From NCBI GenBank assembly GCA_002498455.1, contig DAHO01000045.1, positions 7,777 through 67,828 on the forward strand: a stretch of 60,052 nucleotides of DNA, written 5' to 3'. This document shows positions 1 through 8,932 of this stretch, one piece after another. The DNA is from Euryarchaeota archaeon UBA602 (lineage in GTDB: Archaea; Thermoplasmatota; Poseidoniia; Poseidoniales; Thalassarchaeaceae). Under the pieces are notes generated by a model. The model worked only from the letters and a program-made list of their open reading frames with translations, searched no databases and was not told the origin of the DNA. Every line of letters begins with the position of its first letter. The first letter of the stretch is position 1. The position numbers and the translations under genes were made by a program.

Positions 1-1358
1 AACTCAGCGAGCCAACTGGTGCCCTTCCCTGCCTTGGTTCGAAGATCGTCCAATTGTTCGTCATAGCCCTCTCGGAACAAACCACCATCCCGAATTAATG
101 CGGGCTGCTCAGGACGCAAAGCATCCTGTATAACCTCCTTCAATGATTCGAGTTCGCTTAATCCCGTTGCGCAATCGTTCAACAGAACATCATCTGATTC
201 CTGAAGCAGTGCTTGCAATGTCGGCATTCGTGAAAGACAATCGCAAATTGCCAACAAATCTCGACCATTTGCACGGTTGTAAGCCAATCGAGTCGAAAGG
301 CGTTCTAAATCTCGCATCGCTTTGAGACTCACACGAATTTCTCGCAATCGTCGATTTGCATTGACCAAACTTCCGACTGCAGCGTGGCGCATCTCAATTT
401 CGGAGGCATCCAATAACGGCCTGAGAAGCCATTCCTTGAGGAGACGCCGCCCCATCCAAGTTTGTGTTGCATCGATGGCCTGAAGCAAACTACCGACCTT
501 TTCTCCGGACAACGTTTGGACCAATTCGAGGTTGCGAAGAGTGGTTTGATCCAGAAGCATATGATTTGCATCGGCACCAAGATGGATTTCACGGAGTGGA
601 ACCGCGTCAACAAGATGGAGTTTGGACAAGTATGCTGTGGCCAATCCAGCAGCTTCCATGGCCAAGGGCCTAGAGTCTAAGTCAAGGCTTCCTAGGTCAC
701 TCATTTCAAGCACGTTCCTCAGGGCTTGAAGACGACCCTTGCTCGGCAAATCATGGATACTTAGTACAAGACCGTCAGTTTCTCGAAGAAGGCCAAGAAT
801 CGCCTCCTGCTTCGAATCCTTTCCACTCATGACCAATTCTCTTGGCCCCCAACGTAGCAATTCATCACGCAATCTTTCAAATCGGTCATTTCCTTCAAAC
901 TCAGTTGAAGATGCACGACCACTTGATGGATCCATGACCGCTATGCCGAGAGCATCGCCTTTGAGAACAACTGCTGAAAGTAGCGCACTACCGTCTTCAC
1001 CAATCAATTCTTCTTCGTAAAGAGAGCCTGGCGTATATACCCGAGTCACAACACGTCGGAGAATTTTCTCACCGGGTTGCAATTCATCAGCCTGTTCACA
1101 CAAAGTCACCTTGTACCCTGCCCGCAACATCCTCTGAAGATAACCCTCGACCGAATGCCAAGGAACGCCAGCCATCGGTACAGGATTGTCACTATTCTTG
1201 TCACGGCTGGTCAAGGTGATCCCCAAGACCTCTGAAGCGGCGACTGCGTCCTCATAGAACATCTCGTAGAAGTCACCCATTCGGAAAAACAGAACCGTAT
1301 CTGGATGCTCGGCCTTGATTTCCGCATACTGGTCCAGCATGCTCGGTCCCTTGGCCAT
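1..1358 (-). CDS. mutS: DNA mismatch repair protein MutS (MutS1), 5' part; runs off the left edge of the window
   Basis: Not in the ORF track because it has no stop in the window. Reverse-strand translation from ATG 1358 gives MAKGPSMLDQYAEIKAEHPDTVLFFRMGDFYEMFYEDA...VPMAGVPWHS...RVVTRVYTPG; FRMGDFYE is the MutS domain I mismatch-binding motif. Confidence 0.97.
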   Translation of the reverse strand, partial: MAKGPSMLDQYAEIKAEHPDTVLFFRMGDFYEMFYEDAVAASEVLGITLTSRDKNSDNPVPMAGVPWHSVEGYLQRMLRAGYKVTLCEQADELQPGEKILRRVVTRVYTPGSLYEEELIGEDGSALLSAVVLKGDALGIAVMDPSSGRASSTEFEGNDRFERLRDELLRWGPRELVMSGKDSKQEAILGLLRETDGLVLSIHDLPSKGRLQALRNVLEMSDLGSLDLDSRPLAMEAAGLATAYLSKLHLVDAVPLREIHLGADANHMLLDQTTLRNLELVQTLSGEKVGSLLQAIDATQTWMGRRLLKEWLLRPLLDASEIEMRHAAVGSLVNANRRLREIRVSLKAMRDLERLSTRLAYNRANGRDLLAICDCLSRMPTLQALLQESDDVLLNDCATGLSELESLKEVIQDALRPEQPALIRDGGLFREGYDEQLDDLRTKAGKGTSWLAE

Positions 1359-1468
1359 GGACTTGACCAACCTTTGAGGCGGCCTATGAATCACGCGGCT
1401 CGTTCACTACGTGAACGCCGATTCGCTTTGAGGAAATTACCATGTCCCTCTGGAAAGGCCATCGATTC

Positions 1469-2425
1469 ATGGGACGACAATGGTGGGACAATGCCCCCAC
1501 ACATGGCCTTCTCGTTCTAGTCGCAGCTATCTGGGGTCTTGGATGGGTTGCAGGGCGAGTTGTTGCACTGGAAATTGAGCCTGCTACAGCGGCTTGGTTA
1601 CGTTATTCCATTGCATGTATCTGTCTTTTTATGTACTTGTTCTATAGAAATGGGAGTAGAGAAAATACTGATTTGGCGACACGAATGCAATTGCCGGTGC
1701 GTGGAGATCTTCGTCGATTGTTACTGATTGCTTTTTTTTCGACCCTACTGTATCAATTGTTCTTCATGACCGGTATGGCGCGAACGGCAGCCGGTGATGC
1801 AAGCCTGATTGTCACTCTGAATCCCGTATTTACGGCCATTCTTGCAGTACCCATGCTGGGTCGCCGTATGACTCTGCGCCTCGCAGGAGGGCTTGCAATC
1901 GGAGCAACAGGAGTGGCAATCGTGACCGGTTGGTCTCCAAATGTAGACATTCCCACTGCAACACGCATTGTTGGAGACATCCTGATTATGTTTGCAGCTG
2001 CTTCATGGGCCACCTCAACCAACCTTGTGAAAGGTCTATTAGAGCAACAACAGAACCCTTCTCATCGAACACAGAATCCTCTTTCCATTATCGTTTGGTC
2101 CTCTTTCTTTGGTTGGCTTATGCTATCTCCATTCGTTGGTTGGGAACTGTGGTATTCGGGATGGACCACTCCCACAATCGAGATTTGGTTGTGGATTGTA
2201 TTCCTGGCGGTTTTTTCAACGGTCATCTCCTACGTCTGGTTCGCTCAAGGAATCGATCGAATCGGCCCAACCGCTTCATCCACGTACGTATTCTTGGTTC
2301 CCGTTTTCGGTATTATTTCAGGATGGGCCATCCTTGGCGAACGGTTGGGGTGGAGTCTCGCGATAGGGTTTGTTCTCATCCTCATCGGTGTTCGTATGGC
2401 ACAAATTGAATCCATTGAAAAATGA
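1469..2425 (+). CDS. DMT/EamA family transporter
   Basis: About 10 TM helices in two EamA repeats (IWGLGWVAG, LNPVFTAILA, LVPVFGIISGWAILGE); start ATG 1469 or 1442. Confidence 0.9.
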   Translation: MGRQWWDNAPTHGLLVLVAAIWGLGWVAGRVVALEIEPATAAWLRYSIACICLFMYLFYRNGSRENTDLATRMQLPVRGDLRRLLLIAFFSTLLYQLFFMTGMARTAAGDASLIVTLNPVFTAILAVPMLGRRMTLRLAGGLAIGATGVAIVTGWSPNVDIPTATRIVGDILIMFAAASWATSTNLVKGLLEQQQNPSHRTQNPLSIIVWSSFFGWLMLSPFVGWELWYSGWTTPTIEIWLWIVFLAVFSTVISYVWFAQGIDRIGPTASSTYVFLVPVFGIISGWAILGERLGWSLAIGFVLILIGVRMAQIESIEK

Positions 2426-2428
2426 AAT

Positions 2429-3619
2429 CTATAGGACGTCATGCTTACGGAGTAAAGCATACCCACCAAATCCGAAAAAGGCGACAAAGGACATGACCAA
2501 AATCAGGTCAGCCAACAGTGACAAACTTCGAAGAAGAGAGCGCTGAGCCATCGGATCAATGGTCACACGAGTATCTCCCTCTTCGCTGAACATCACGACA
2601 TTGTCCCCGGCCATTGAGGCTGAGTGCAAATCACTGGGTGTTCCATCAGGCAGCTTAACCAGAGTTGGATTTTGATCACCAATCTCTAAGTTATAGAGTC
2701 CATTTTCACTCTTGAACCAAAGCATGTTCTGAGTGTCCATTGTGATTGTGCTAACTTCTATAGAACCGGCGATACGGTGCATATTTCGTCCCACTGTGCT
2801 GTCCGATGTGATTCCATAAATTGAATCTCCACCTCCGACAATAGCAATCAAACAATTCTGAATGCATCCTTCAAAGTGACCGTCCACCGGGATGATGGTG
2901 TGAAGCGGTGCCCCTGCACCCCTGTGAAGCATGGTCAAGATTGGAGGTCCAGTCGTATTTCGTTCCGCCTCAATTAGCACTTCAGAAGAGAGGCCCAAGA
3001 CCGGGTTACTCGTTTGATCATGACCGATGATAAGTGCGCCACCCGATACGGATTCGATTTCATCAAGGCTGATGTCATTGATTGGGTAGGTCGCGCCTTC
3101 GCTGACATTCAACCCACTCCACGAATACACAGTACGTGATGTGGCCATTTCGGCAATCAACCACCCACTGGCCAGTTGCCCATCGAGCGAGACGATGTCT
3201 GGAGCAGGACTTTGCCAATTTAGCGAGCGTGGAGCAATATCATTGTCCCCTGGAATCATGACGCCGAACCAACCATCTTCACCCCCCACAAGCCACAGGC
3301 TGCTTGAACCCCCAATTGCGGTAGCATTACAGTTGCATTGAATCTCACTCCAAGTTCCACCTTCATCTCTGAGCATCAGTGCCAACTCTTCTCCACTGTC
3401 TACCAAGGCTAGCGCATGATGTCCGTCTTCATCCCAGATCACATCGACAACCGGGCCTTCTAGGCCTGTTTCCATCGTCGAGACGCCGGGTAAAACCTGT
3501 GCCTGATTGACCCACCCGGCCCCAAGTAGAATGAAAATCGCGAGAGCACCCATCGCAACCCAAGGCCTCTCTCTTGGAGAGTCGACGAATGAAAACAGGC
3601 GCTCAACGACGTTTGTCAC
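2429..3619 (-). CDS. Hypothetical membrane-anchored protein (N- and C-terminal TM, probable beta-propeller ectodomain)
   Basis: Long ORF with a hydrophobic segment at each end and an acidic beta-rich middle; GTG 3619 chosen because a TTCAAC box lies about 22 nt upstream. Confidence 0.7.
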   Translation of the reverse strand: MTNVVERLFSFVDSPRERPWVAMGALAIFILLGAGWVNQAQVLPGVSTMETGLEGPVVDVIWDEDGHHALALVDSGEELALMLRDEGGTWSEIQCNCNATAIGGSSSLWLVGGEDGWFGVMIPGDNDIAPRSLNWQSPAPDIVSLDGQLASGWLIAEMATSRTVYSWSGLNVSEGATYPINDISLDEIESVSGGALIIGHDQTSNPVLGLSSEVLIEAERNTTGPPILTMLHRGAGAPLHTIIPVDGHFEGCIQNCLIAIVGGGDSIYGITSDSTVGRNMHRIAGSIEVSTITMDTQNMLWFKSENGLYNLEIGDQNPTLVKLPDGTPSDLHSASMAGDNVVMFSEEGDTRVTIDPMAQRSLLRSLSLLADLILVMSFVAFFGFGGYALLRKHDVL

Positions 3620-3740
3620 GGCACCTCTGTGACCTAGAGAGTTGAAGAACATGTCCTCTATCCAGTGTGATTTGCCACCGTAGGTGGCTGGATGGATTCA
3701 TATACGGGTTGTCGGTGGCCGTGCCCCGAGGGAGTCAATT

Positions 3741-4280
3741 ATGGCACGTAAACCCGCAAAGATGTATCGCCGACTAAAGGGTCAAGCCTACACTCGACGA
3801 AAGTACACCGGTGGTGTGCCAAACAATCGTATCATGCGATTCCACATGGGAAATCGAAAAGCCGCTGAAGCGGATGAATTTCCTGTCATCCTAAACATGA
3901 CTGTAGACGAAAGCTGCCAAGTACGCCATACCGCACTTGAGGCAGCACGTGTGATTTCCAATGCGACCATTCGAGCTGCTGCAGGCCAAGATGGTTATGC
4001 ACTCCGAGTTCACGTCTACCCGCACCACATCCTTCGTGAAAACAAGCAAGCGACCGGGGCCGGTGCAGATCGTGTATCCCAAGGAATGCGCTGTGCATTC
4101 GGCAAGAACGTTGGAACTGCTGCTCGCTGCAAGCGTGGTACGACCGTCATTTCAATCTCAACATTACCCAAGAACTTCATGGCTGCCAAAGATGCACTTC
4201 GTAAGGCCAGCATGAAAATCCCCAGTCCCTGTACAACCAAGGTTGTCAAAGGACACGAACATCTCAAGGGACTCGTCTGA
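3741..4280 (+). CDS. rpl10e: 50S ribosomal protein L10e (uL16)
   Basis: MARKPAKMYR..., RENKQATGAGADRVSQGMRCAFGK signature. Confidence 0.97.
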   Translation: MARKPAKMYRRLKGQAYTRRKYTGGVPNNRIMRFHMGNRKAAEADEFPVILNMTVDESCQVRHTALEAARVISNATIRAAAGQDGYALRVHVYPHHILRENKQATGAGADRVSQGMRCAFGKNVGTAARCKRGTTVISISTLPKNFMAAKDALRKASMKIPSPCTTKVVKGHEHLKGLV

Positions 4281-4287
4281 TTTCTCT

Positions 4288-4339
4288 TAGGTGGTGTAGG
4301 CAACTACACCTAGTTTCACCTAGGTAATCGGCTTTTTTT
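4288..4339 (+). terminator. Hairpin with GCAA tetraloop followed by a T-run after rpl10e
   Basis: GGTGTAG-GCAA-CTACACC at 4293-4310; alternative outer stem TAGGTG/CACCTA; T7 at 4333-4339. Confidence 0.5.
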
Positions 4340-4447
4340 AGAAACCCGCCAAATTAGCGTTTTTTGCGGCATGTAAGTAGAACCTTTCATAAGTAGTTTG
4401 AGCGGCTTACCTTAATAATCGCATGGGATGCGAGAAGGAAAAGGTGA

Positions 4448-5137
4448 ATGAAAATGGAACTAAATGTAAAGAAAATGATGACCGAGATGGGCGGTGCTTT
4501 TGCTGTCACTTGGCTTATTTTTGGTGTTACACTGAAGGCTGACGGCCTTCCTGGTGACAGCACTGGAATGGGTCTTGCTGGTATTATGGGCGTTGTCGGT
4601 TTGACTGTGATCTGGATGGCGTTCAAGGGCGCAGACATCCTACCACAGGTTACATGGATGAAGCAGATGTCGAGCACAGACAACTTGTCCGACACAGATG
4701 CTTGGATGAACACAGGCATCACACTGGCAATGCAAATTGTCGGTGGTATTGTGGCTTACGTCCTGCTTAGCCAGATGCACGACAGCATCTTTGGCTATGC
4801 AGATGCGGCAGCCCTACACTCGGCTATGGGAACTGACTTCTGGGGCACAACTGCTTGGGAATTCAATATGGGCGCAACTCTTGGTTTGATTGCTGCTGGT
4901 GCAGTACTAGGTCAAGTCATGGCTGTTGACAGTCGCTGGGCAATGCCTGTTGCAATCGTCTTGATGACAAGCATCGTTAACTTCGAGTCTGCAACTCAGA
5001 TGGCTTCAGTTCTCATGAACGAAGCTGGTGACACCGTAAACGTGGCACTACCATGGTTGTTGGATGGTGTGTTCCTTGGTGCTGGTACCCTATTGGGTAA
5101 CATCATCAACGAGAACATCCCTGGCGAAGAAGAGTAA
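4448..5137 (+). CDS. Polytopic membrane protein, divergent MIP/aquaporin-like
   Basis: About 6 TM; KKMMTEMGGAF, FKGADILPQVTW and AMQIVGGIVA line up with the MIP motifs AEFLGTF, SGAHxNPAVT and AQxLGA; SD-like AAGGTGA upstream. Confidence 0.6.
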   Translation: MKMELNVKKMMTEMGGAFAVTWLIFGVTLKADGLPGDSTGMGLAGIMGVVGLTVIWMAFKGADILPQVTWMKQMSSTDNLSDTDAWMNTGITLAMQIVGGIVAYVLLSQMHDSIFGYADAAALHSAMGTDFWGTTAWEFNMGATLGLIAAGAVLGQVMAVDSRWAMPVAIVLMTSIVNFESATQMASVLMNEAGDTVNVALPWLLDGVFLGAGTLLGNIINENIPGEEE

Positions 5138-5177
5138 GTAAAACCACTCTGAAAAGCAAACACAAGATAACACACAT

Positions 5178-5220
5178 GTCCCTCAAGGGCGCTTTGGCGC
5201 CCTTGGGGGGCTTTTTTTTT
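5178..5220 (+). terminator. Intrinsic terminator-like hairpin plus T9
   Basis: 15-bp stem 5178-5192/5197-5211 (two G-U pairs), TTTG loop, then TTTTTTTTT at 5212-5220. Confidence 0.8.
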
Positions 5221-5262
5221 GGTCTGCAAATTGTTCAAAACCGAGGGACGTTTCGCCCAATC

Positions 5263-5853
5263 ATGGTAGAGGAGACAACGACGCTGGACTTGCGCGTTGA
5301 ATTGCTCAAAGAAAGTGTGGCAAACGCCCCCGTCGTATGGAAGGAAGGTTATCCTTACTTTGTCCACCCACTCTCAGATGGCGTTCCTAGACAATCTGCT
5401 GAATTGCTCGCTGCAGCCCGTGATTTGATCTCAGAGAATGTGGATTGGGATTGCATTGACATTATCTTGGGCATTGAAGCCATGGGGATTCCTTTGGCAG
5501 CTGCTCTATGCTTGTCAAGTGGTAAACCGCTTGTTGTTGGACGTAAGCGTGCGTATGGGCTCCCTGGAGAAGTTGCGATTGACCAATCCACAGGATACTC
5601 AAAGGGTCAAATCTTCCTCAATGATATCGCACCTGGTACTCGAGTCTTGATCGTCGATGATGTGGTCAGTACTGGTGGAACACTTCACCCAATTCTCAAG
5701 GCCATTGATTCCAACGGTGCGATTGTTCAGGATTGCTGGATTGTATTCGAAAAGGGAGATGGGATGAACAAAATCCGATCTGAGGGAGAATGGCCGATGA
5801 ATAGTTTGGTCAGGATTGAGATGATTGATGGCGAAATCACAATACTGGATTGA
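5263..5853 (+). CDS. hpt: Archaeal purine (adenine/hypoxanthine-guanine) phosphoribosyltransferase
   Basis: YPYFVHPLSDGVP, GIEAMGIP, PRPP loop VLIVDDVVSTGGT. Confidence 0.9.
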   Translation: MVEETTTLDLRVELLKESVANAPVVWKEGYPYFVHPLSDGVPRQSAELLAAARDLISENVDWDCIDIILGIEAMGIPLAAALCLSSGKPLVVGRKRAYGLPGEVAIDQSTGYSKGQIFLNDIAPGTRVLIVDDVVSTGGTLHPILKAIDSNGAIVQDCWIVFEKGDGMNKIRSEGEWPMNSLVRIEMIDGEITILD

Positions 5854-5953
5854 TTGTGGTTTTGTTTGTTTTCCTCAAAGGATGGATTCATCAAGGAGAG
5901 TATGGACGGAGTTTTGAAGCGGACTCTAGGCATGAGATTGTAAACTCCAAAAG

Positions 5954-7069
5954 GTGATTGAAATGGATTTGGGCAGGCACGACTTTCAACTTGCAGACTT
6001 AGTTGAAAGAATCAAAGCCAATGATCTCAAATTGGTCGCCCTTCAAGTCCCTGAAGGCCTGAAGATGCAGGCCCTAGAAATGATGGATGAAATTGAAACC
6101 GAAACTTCAGCGCAGGTCGTTCTTTCGGCCGATCCTTGCTACGGTGCCTGTGACTTGGTTCACGATAAGATGCAGAACATTGGAGTGGAATTGGTTGCAC
6201 ACATGGGTCATTCTCAGATGAACATTGATTCTGGAATGCCAACCCAATTCATCCCCGTTACGTATGATGGTAACCCTGAGATTCAACCGGTCCTCCCCTA
6301 CCTGCATGCACACAGAGAAATAGCGATTAGTCGACTCAATGATTCATCTGGTCCTGTCCTATCTGAATTAGAAGCACTGGATCGGTTTGAAGACATGGTC
6401 GGCCGAGTTGCCCCCTTAACCGATACAAAACTTGGTTTGGTGGGGAGCATACAACATTTACACCTTCTACCGACTTTCAAGGAACACTTTGAGAATGCTG
6501 GATTCGATGTCACCATACCCGTGGGTGGCGCGCGGTTATCGTTCCCCGGTCAAGTTCTAGGATGTAACTATTCAGGAGATGACCCGACGGTTGGACATTA
6601 CGTATTCTTGGGCAGTGGTGATTTCCATCCAATTGGATTGGTCTTGCATACTGGAAAACCCCTAGCAATGTTGGATCCTTACTCAGGTGATGCCAAAGAA
6701 ATGGGAAGAGAAAGGATTGAGAGAATCCTAAGGCAACGTTCAGGATTAATCATGTCTTCAATGGACAAAGAGAGATTCGGAATACTGATTGGTGCCAAGC
6801 CAGGCCAAATGAGGAGGAATTTGGCACTGAGGCTGAAGCGAAAATTGGAGAAGCATGGAAAGAAAGGTTTCCTGCTATCAATGGAACATGTAGGGCCTGA
6901 ATTGATTGATTTCTACCCGGTTGATGTGTTTGTCAATACCGCTTGTCCACGAATCGCCATCGATGACGCTGTCAAGTATGCCAAACCAATGATTACTCCC
7001 TACGAACTTGAAGTTGCATTGGGTGAAAAGAAATGGGAAAATGGGTACAAATTTGACCAAATTCATTGA
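5954..7069 (+). CDS. dph2: Diphthamide biosynthesis enzyme Dph2
   Basis: LQVPEGLK, CYGACD, GQVLGC, NTACPRI (three Fe-S cysteines). Confidence 0.95.
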   Translation: MIEMDLGRHDFQLADLVERIKANDLKLVALQVPEGLKMQALEMMDEIETETSAQVVLSADPCYGACDLVHDKMQNIGVELVAHMGHSQMNIDSGMPTQFIPVTYDGNPEIQPVLPYLHAHREIAISRLNDSSGPVLSELEALDRFEDMVGRVAPLTDTKLGLVGSIQHLHLLPTFKEHFENAGFDVTIPVGGARLSFPGQVLGCNYSGDDPTVGHYVFLGSGDFHPIGLVLHTGKPLAMLDPYSGDAKEMGRERIERILRQRSGLIMSSMDKERFGILIGAKPGQMRRNLALRLKRKLEKHGKKGFLLSMEHVGPELIDFYPVDVFVNTACPRIAIDDAVKYAKPMITPYELEVALGEKKWENGYKFDQIH

Positions 7070-7160
7070 CATCCCGTAGGGGGATAACCCTGCGCCATCG
7101 GAGACATTCGTGTGCGTGGCATTCCATATCTTCAAGAACAGCCAACAGTGGGAGCCATCG

Positions 7161-8333
7161 ATGGCTGAATACCTGAATCGGATTGGCGCGGGCCTCATCT
7201 TGCTTGATGCAGCGCCCCTTTCCTATGACTGGGTGCCTCCAAAAGTCGTCGGTCGAGAGAGTGATCAGGAGCAATTGGCAGGGATGTTCGCATCCATTGG
7301 AACACCGGGAATGTCTTGTCGTGCTGTAATCACCGGCAATGTTGGCAGTGGAAAAACCGTCCTCAGTCGCTCGTTTGCTGATGATTTAGCACGACACCTC
7401 TCCACTGTGAGGTTCATTCAACCCGTTCATGTCAATTGTCGAAACCATCCCACAACATCCCAAGTCCTACAGCGGATTGCAACCTCATTGGATGAACGCC
7501 ATCCTGAGCGTGGATTCTCGGCATCTGAAGTCATCCAAGGGATTCGGAGGAACCTGAGAACACGCAATCAACACATGTTACTGATCCTCGATGAAGTCGA
7601 CCACTTACTTCGAAAAGACGGAGGTGACCTTCTCTACCAACTGCTCAGAATCGATGAAGGGCGGAATGAGGCGGGGACCCTTTCCCTCATTCTCGTGAGC
7701 CAAGAGCAAGTCTTGGATCAGCTTGAGGGTGCCATCATATCCCGCTTTGGACGATCGAATCATCTGAGGCTGAAACCCTACACGGATGAACAACTCAAGG
7801 CAATCGCGTCTCAACGCGCTTCCCTCTCAACGCGTACCGGTACAGTAAGTGAGGAAATCCTCACATTGATTGGGCAAGCGTCTGCAGATACTGGCGATGC
7901 TCGAGTTGCAATCGAATTGCTTGAAGCCGCAGTAATGCGTGCTGAGAAAGGAGGATTTCAGCAAGTCGAACCGATGCACGTGCAGAGAGATGCAGCCTCC
8001 AGAGGTAGAGCTGTAGAACCCAGTGTGGTGGATGAACTTAGCCAACATGAGCAATTGATCTTGTTGGCCATTTGTCGTCGACTTCGCCGAGATCCTGAAG
8101 TGACCTCGGGAGATGCAGAGAAATTGTACCATGTCGTCTGTGAGGAGTACGAACTCAAGCCCAGAGGATACACGACCTTCTGGAAGCATCTCAAGTCATT
8201 GGAGACTCGTGGATTGATGGAGTCGCGTACTGCAACCGCCAGCGTGGGGCGCGGAAGAACGCAACATATCACGATGCCACAAAGCCTTCCCGGACAGTTA
8301 GAAGCACGTCTTGAGCATGCTTTAGAGTCGTAA
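7161..8333 (+). CDS. cdc6: Cdc6/Orc1 replication initiator
   Basis: Walker A GNVGSGKT, HVNC, Walker B LILDEVD, GDARVAI, C-terminal winged helix with GRGRT wing. Confidence 0.93.
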   Translation: MAEYLNRIGAGLILLDAAPLSYDWVPPKVVGRESDQEQLAGMFASIGTPGMSCRAVITGNVGSGKTVLSRSFADDLARHLSTVRFIQPVHVNCRNHPTTSQVLQRIATSLDERHPERGFSASEVIQGIRRNLRTRNQHMLLILDEVDHLLRKDGGDLLYQLLRIDEGRNEAGTLSLILVSQEQVLDQLEGAIISRFGRSNHLRLKPYTDEQLKAIASQRASLSTRTGTVSEEILTLIGQASADTGDARVAIELLEAAVMRAEKGGFQQVEPMHVQRDAASRGRAVEPSVVDELSQHEQLILLAICRRLRRDPEVTSGDAEKLYHVVCEEYELKPRGYTTFWKHLKSLETRGLMESRTATASVGRGRTQHITMPQSLPGQLEARLEHALES

Positions 8334-8424
8334 TTTTGCTAGATATCGACTTATCACCTACGGTGGAATGGGCCGAACCGCTCTTATAGGGGGCGACTGT
8401 CGCCGAGGCGCACGAGGTTTGAGC

Positions 8425-8913
8425 ATGGCTGAACAAGTATTCAAAGCGGTCGTCAATGATACCGACCCCTCCAGTGGCGGAAAGTCGTATGCGGTCGACA
8501 TTAGCGGTTCGAACTACAACCACTTTCTAGGAAAGAAAATCGGCGATTCCGTCGACGGAATCTTCGTTGGTGATGGCGAAGTCACACTCGGTGGATTCAA
8601 ACTAGAAATCACCGGAGGCTCAGACCTGACAGGAACACCCATGCGAGCCGACCTTGACGGTGGTGGGCGCAAGAAGATCCTCGTCTCACCTTCGACCGGT
8701 TTCAAGGGTCACAAAATTGTGAAGAAGAAGGGTGGTCGCTACCGCTACACCTACGATGGTCTACGAAAGCGACGTGCTTTCCGTGGGAACGTCATCTCCT
8801 CAGACACACGCCAAATCAACCTCAAGATTGTCGAGAGTGGTAACAAATCACTTGCAGACATATTCTCCTCCGGCAGCGATGGCGATGCTGGAGAGGGTGA
8901 CGGGGCGGAGTGA
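8425..8913 (+). CDS. rps6e: 30S ribosomal protein S6e
   Basis: LGKKIGD, ITGGSDLTGTPM, GLRKRRAFRGNVIS, QINLKI; SD GAGGT. Confidence 0.96.
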   Translation: MAEQVFKAVVNDTDPSSGGKSYAVDISGSNYNHFLGKKIGDSVDGIFVGDGEVTLGGFKLEITGGSDLTGTPMRADLDGGGRKKILVSPSTGFKGHKIVKKKGGRYRYTYDGLRKRRAFRGNVISSDTRQINLKIVESGNKSLADIFSSGSDGDAGEGDGAE

Positions 8914-8932
8914 ATAGGAGCTGTGACACCCG

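Noticed and set aside
143..1520. Short ORF-track entries over 143-1520 and the many antisense ORFs elsewhere (e.g. 9487-10167, 23673-24311, 35929-36456)
   Set aside because: Shadow frames of well-supported genes on the opposite strand or in another frame (mutS, eif2g, panE, methyltransferase); no motifs of their own
4417..4433. AATCGCAT..ATGCG palindrome shared with 56642-56659 as a common regulator site
   Set aside because: Spacer lengths differ (3 vs 5 nt) and there are only two instances; could be chance
7070..8424. Canonical oriC with ORB elements beside cdc6
   Set aside because: Both flanking gaps are only about 90 bp, are not AT-rich, and show no repeated TCCA..GAAA/G-string ORB motif
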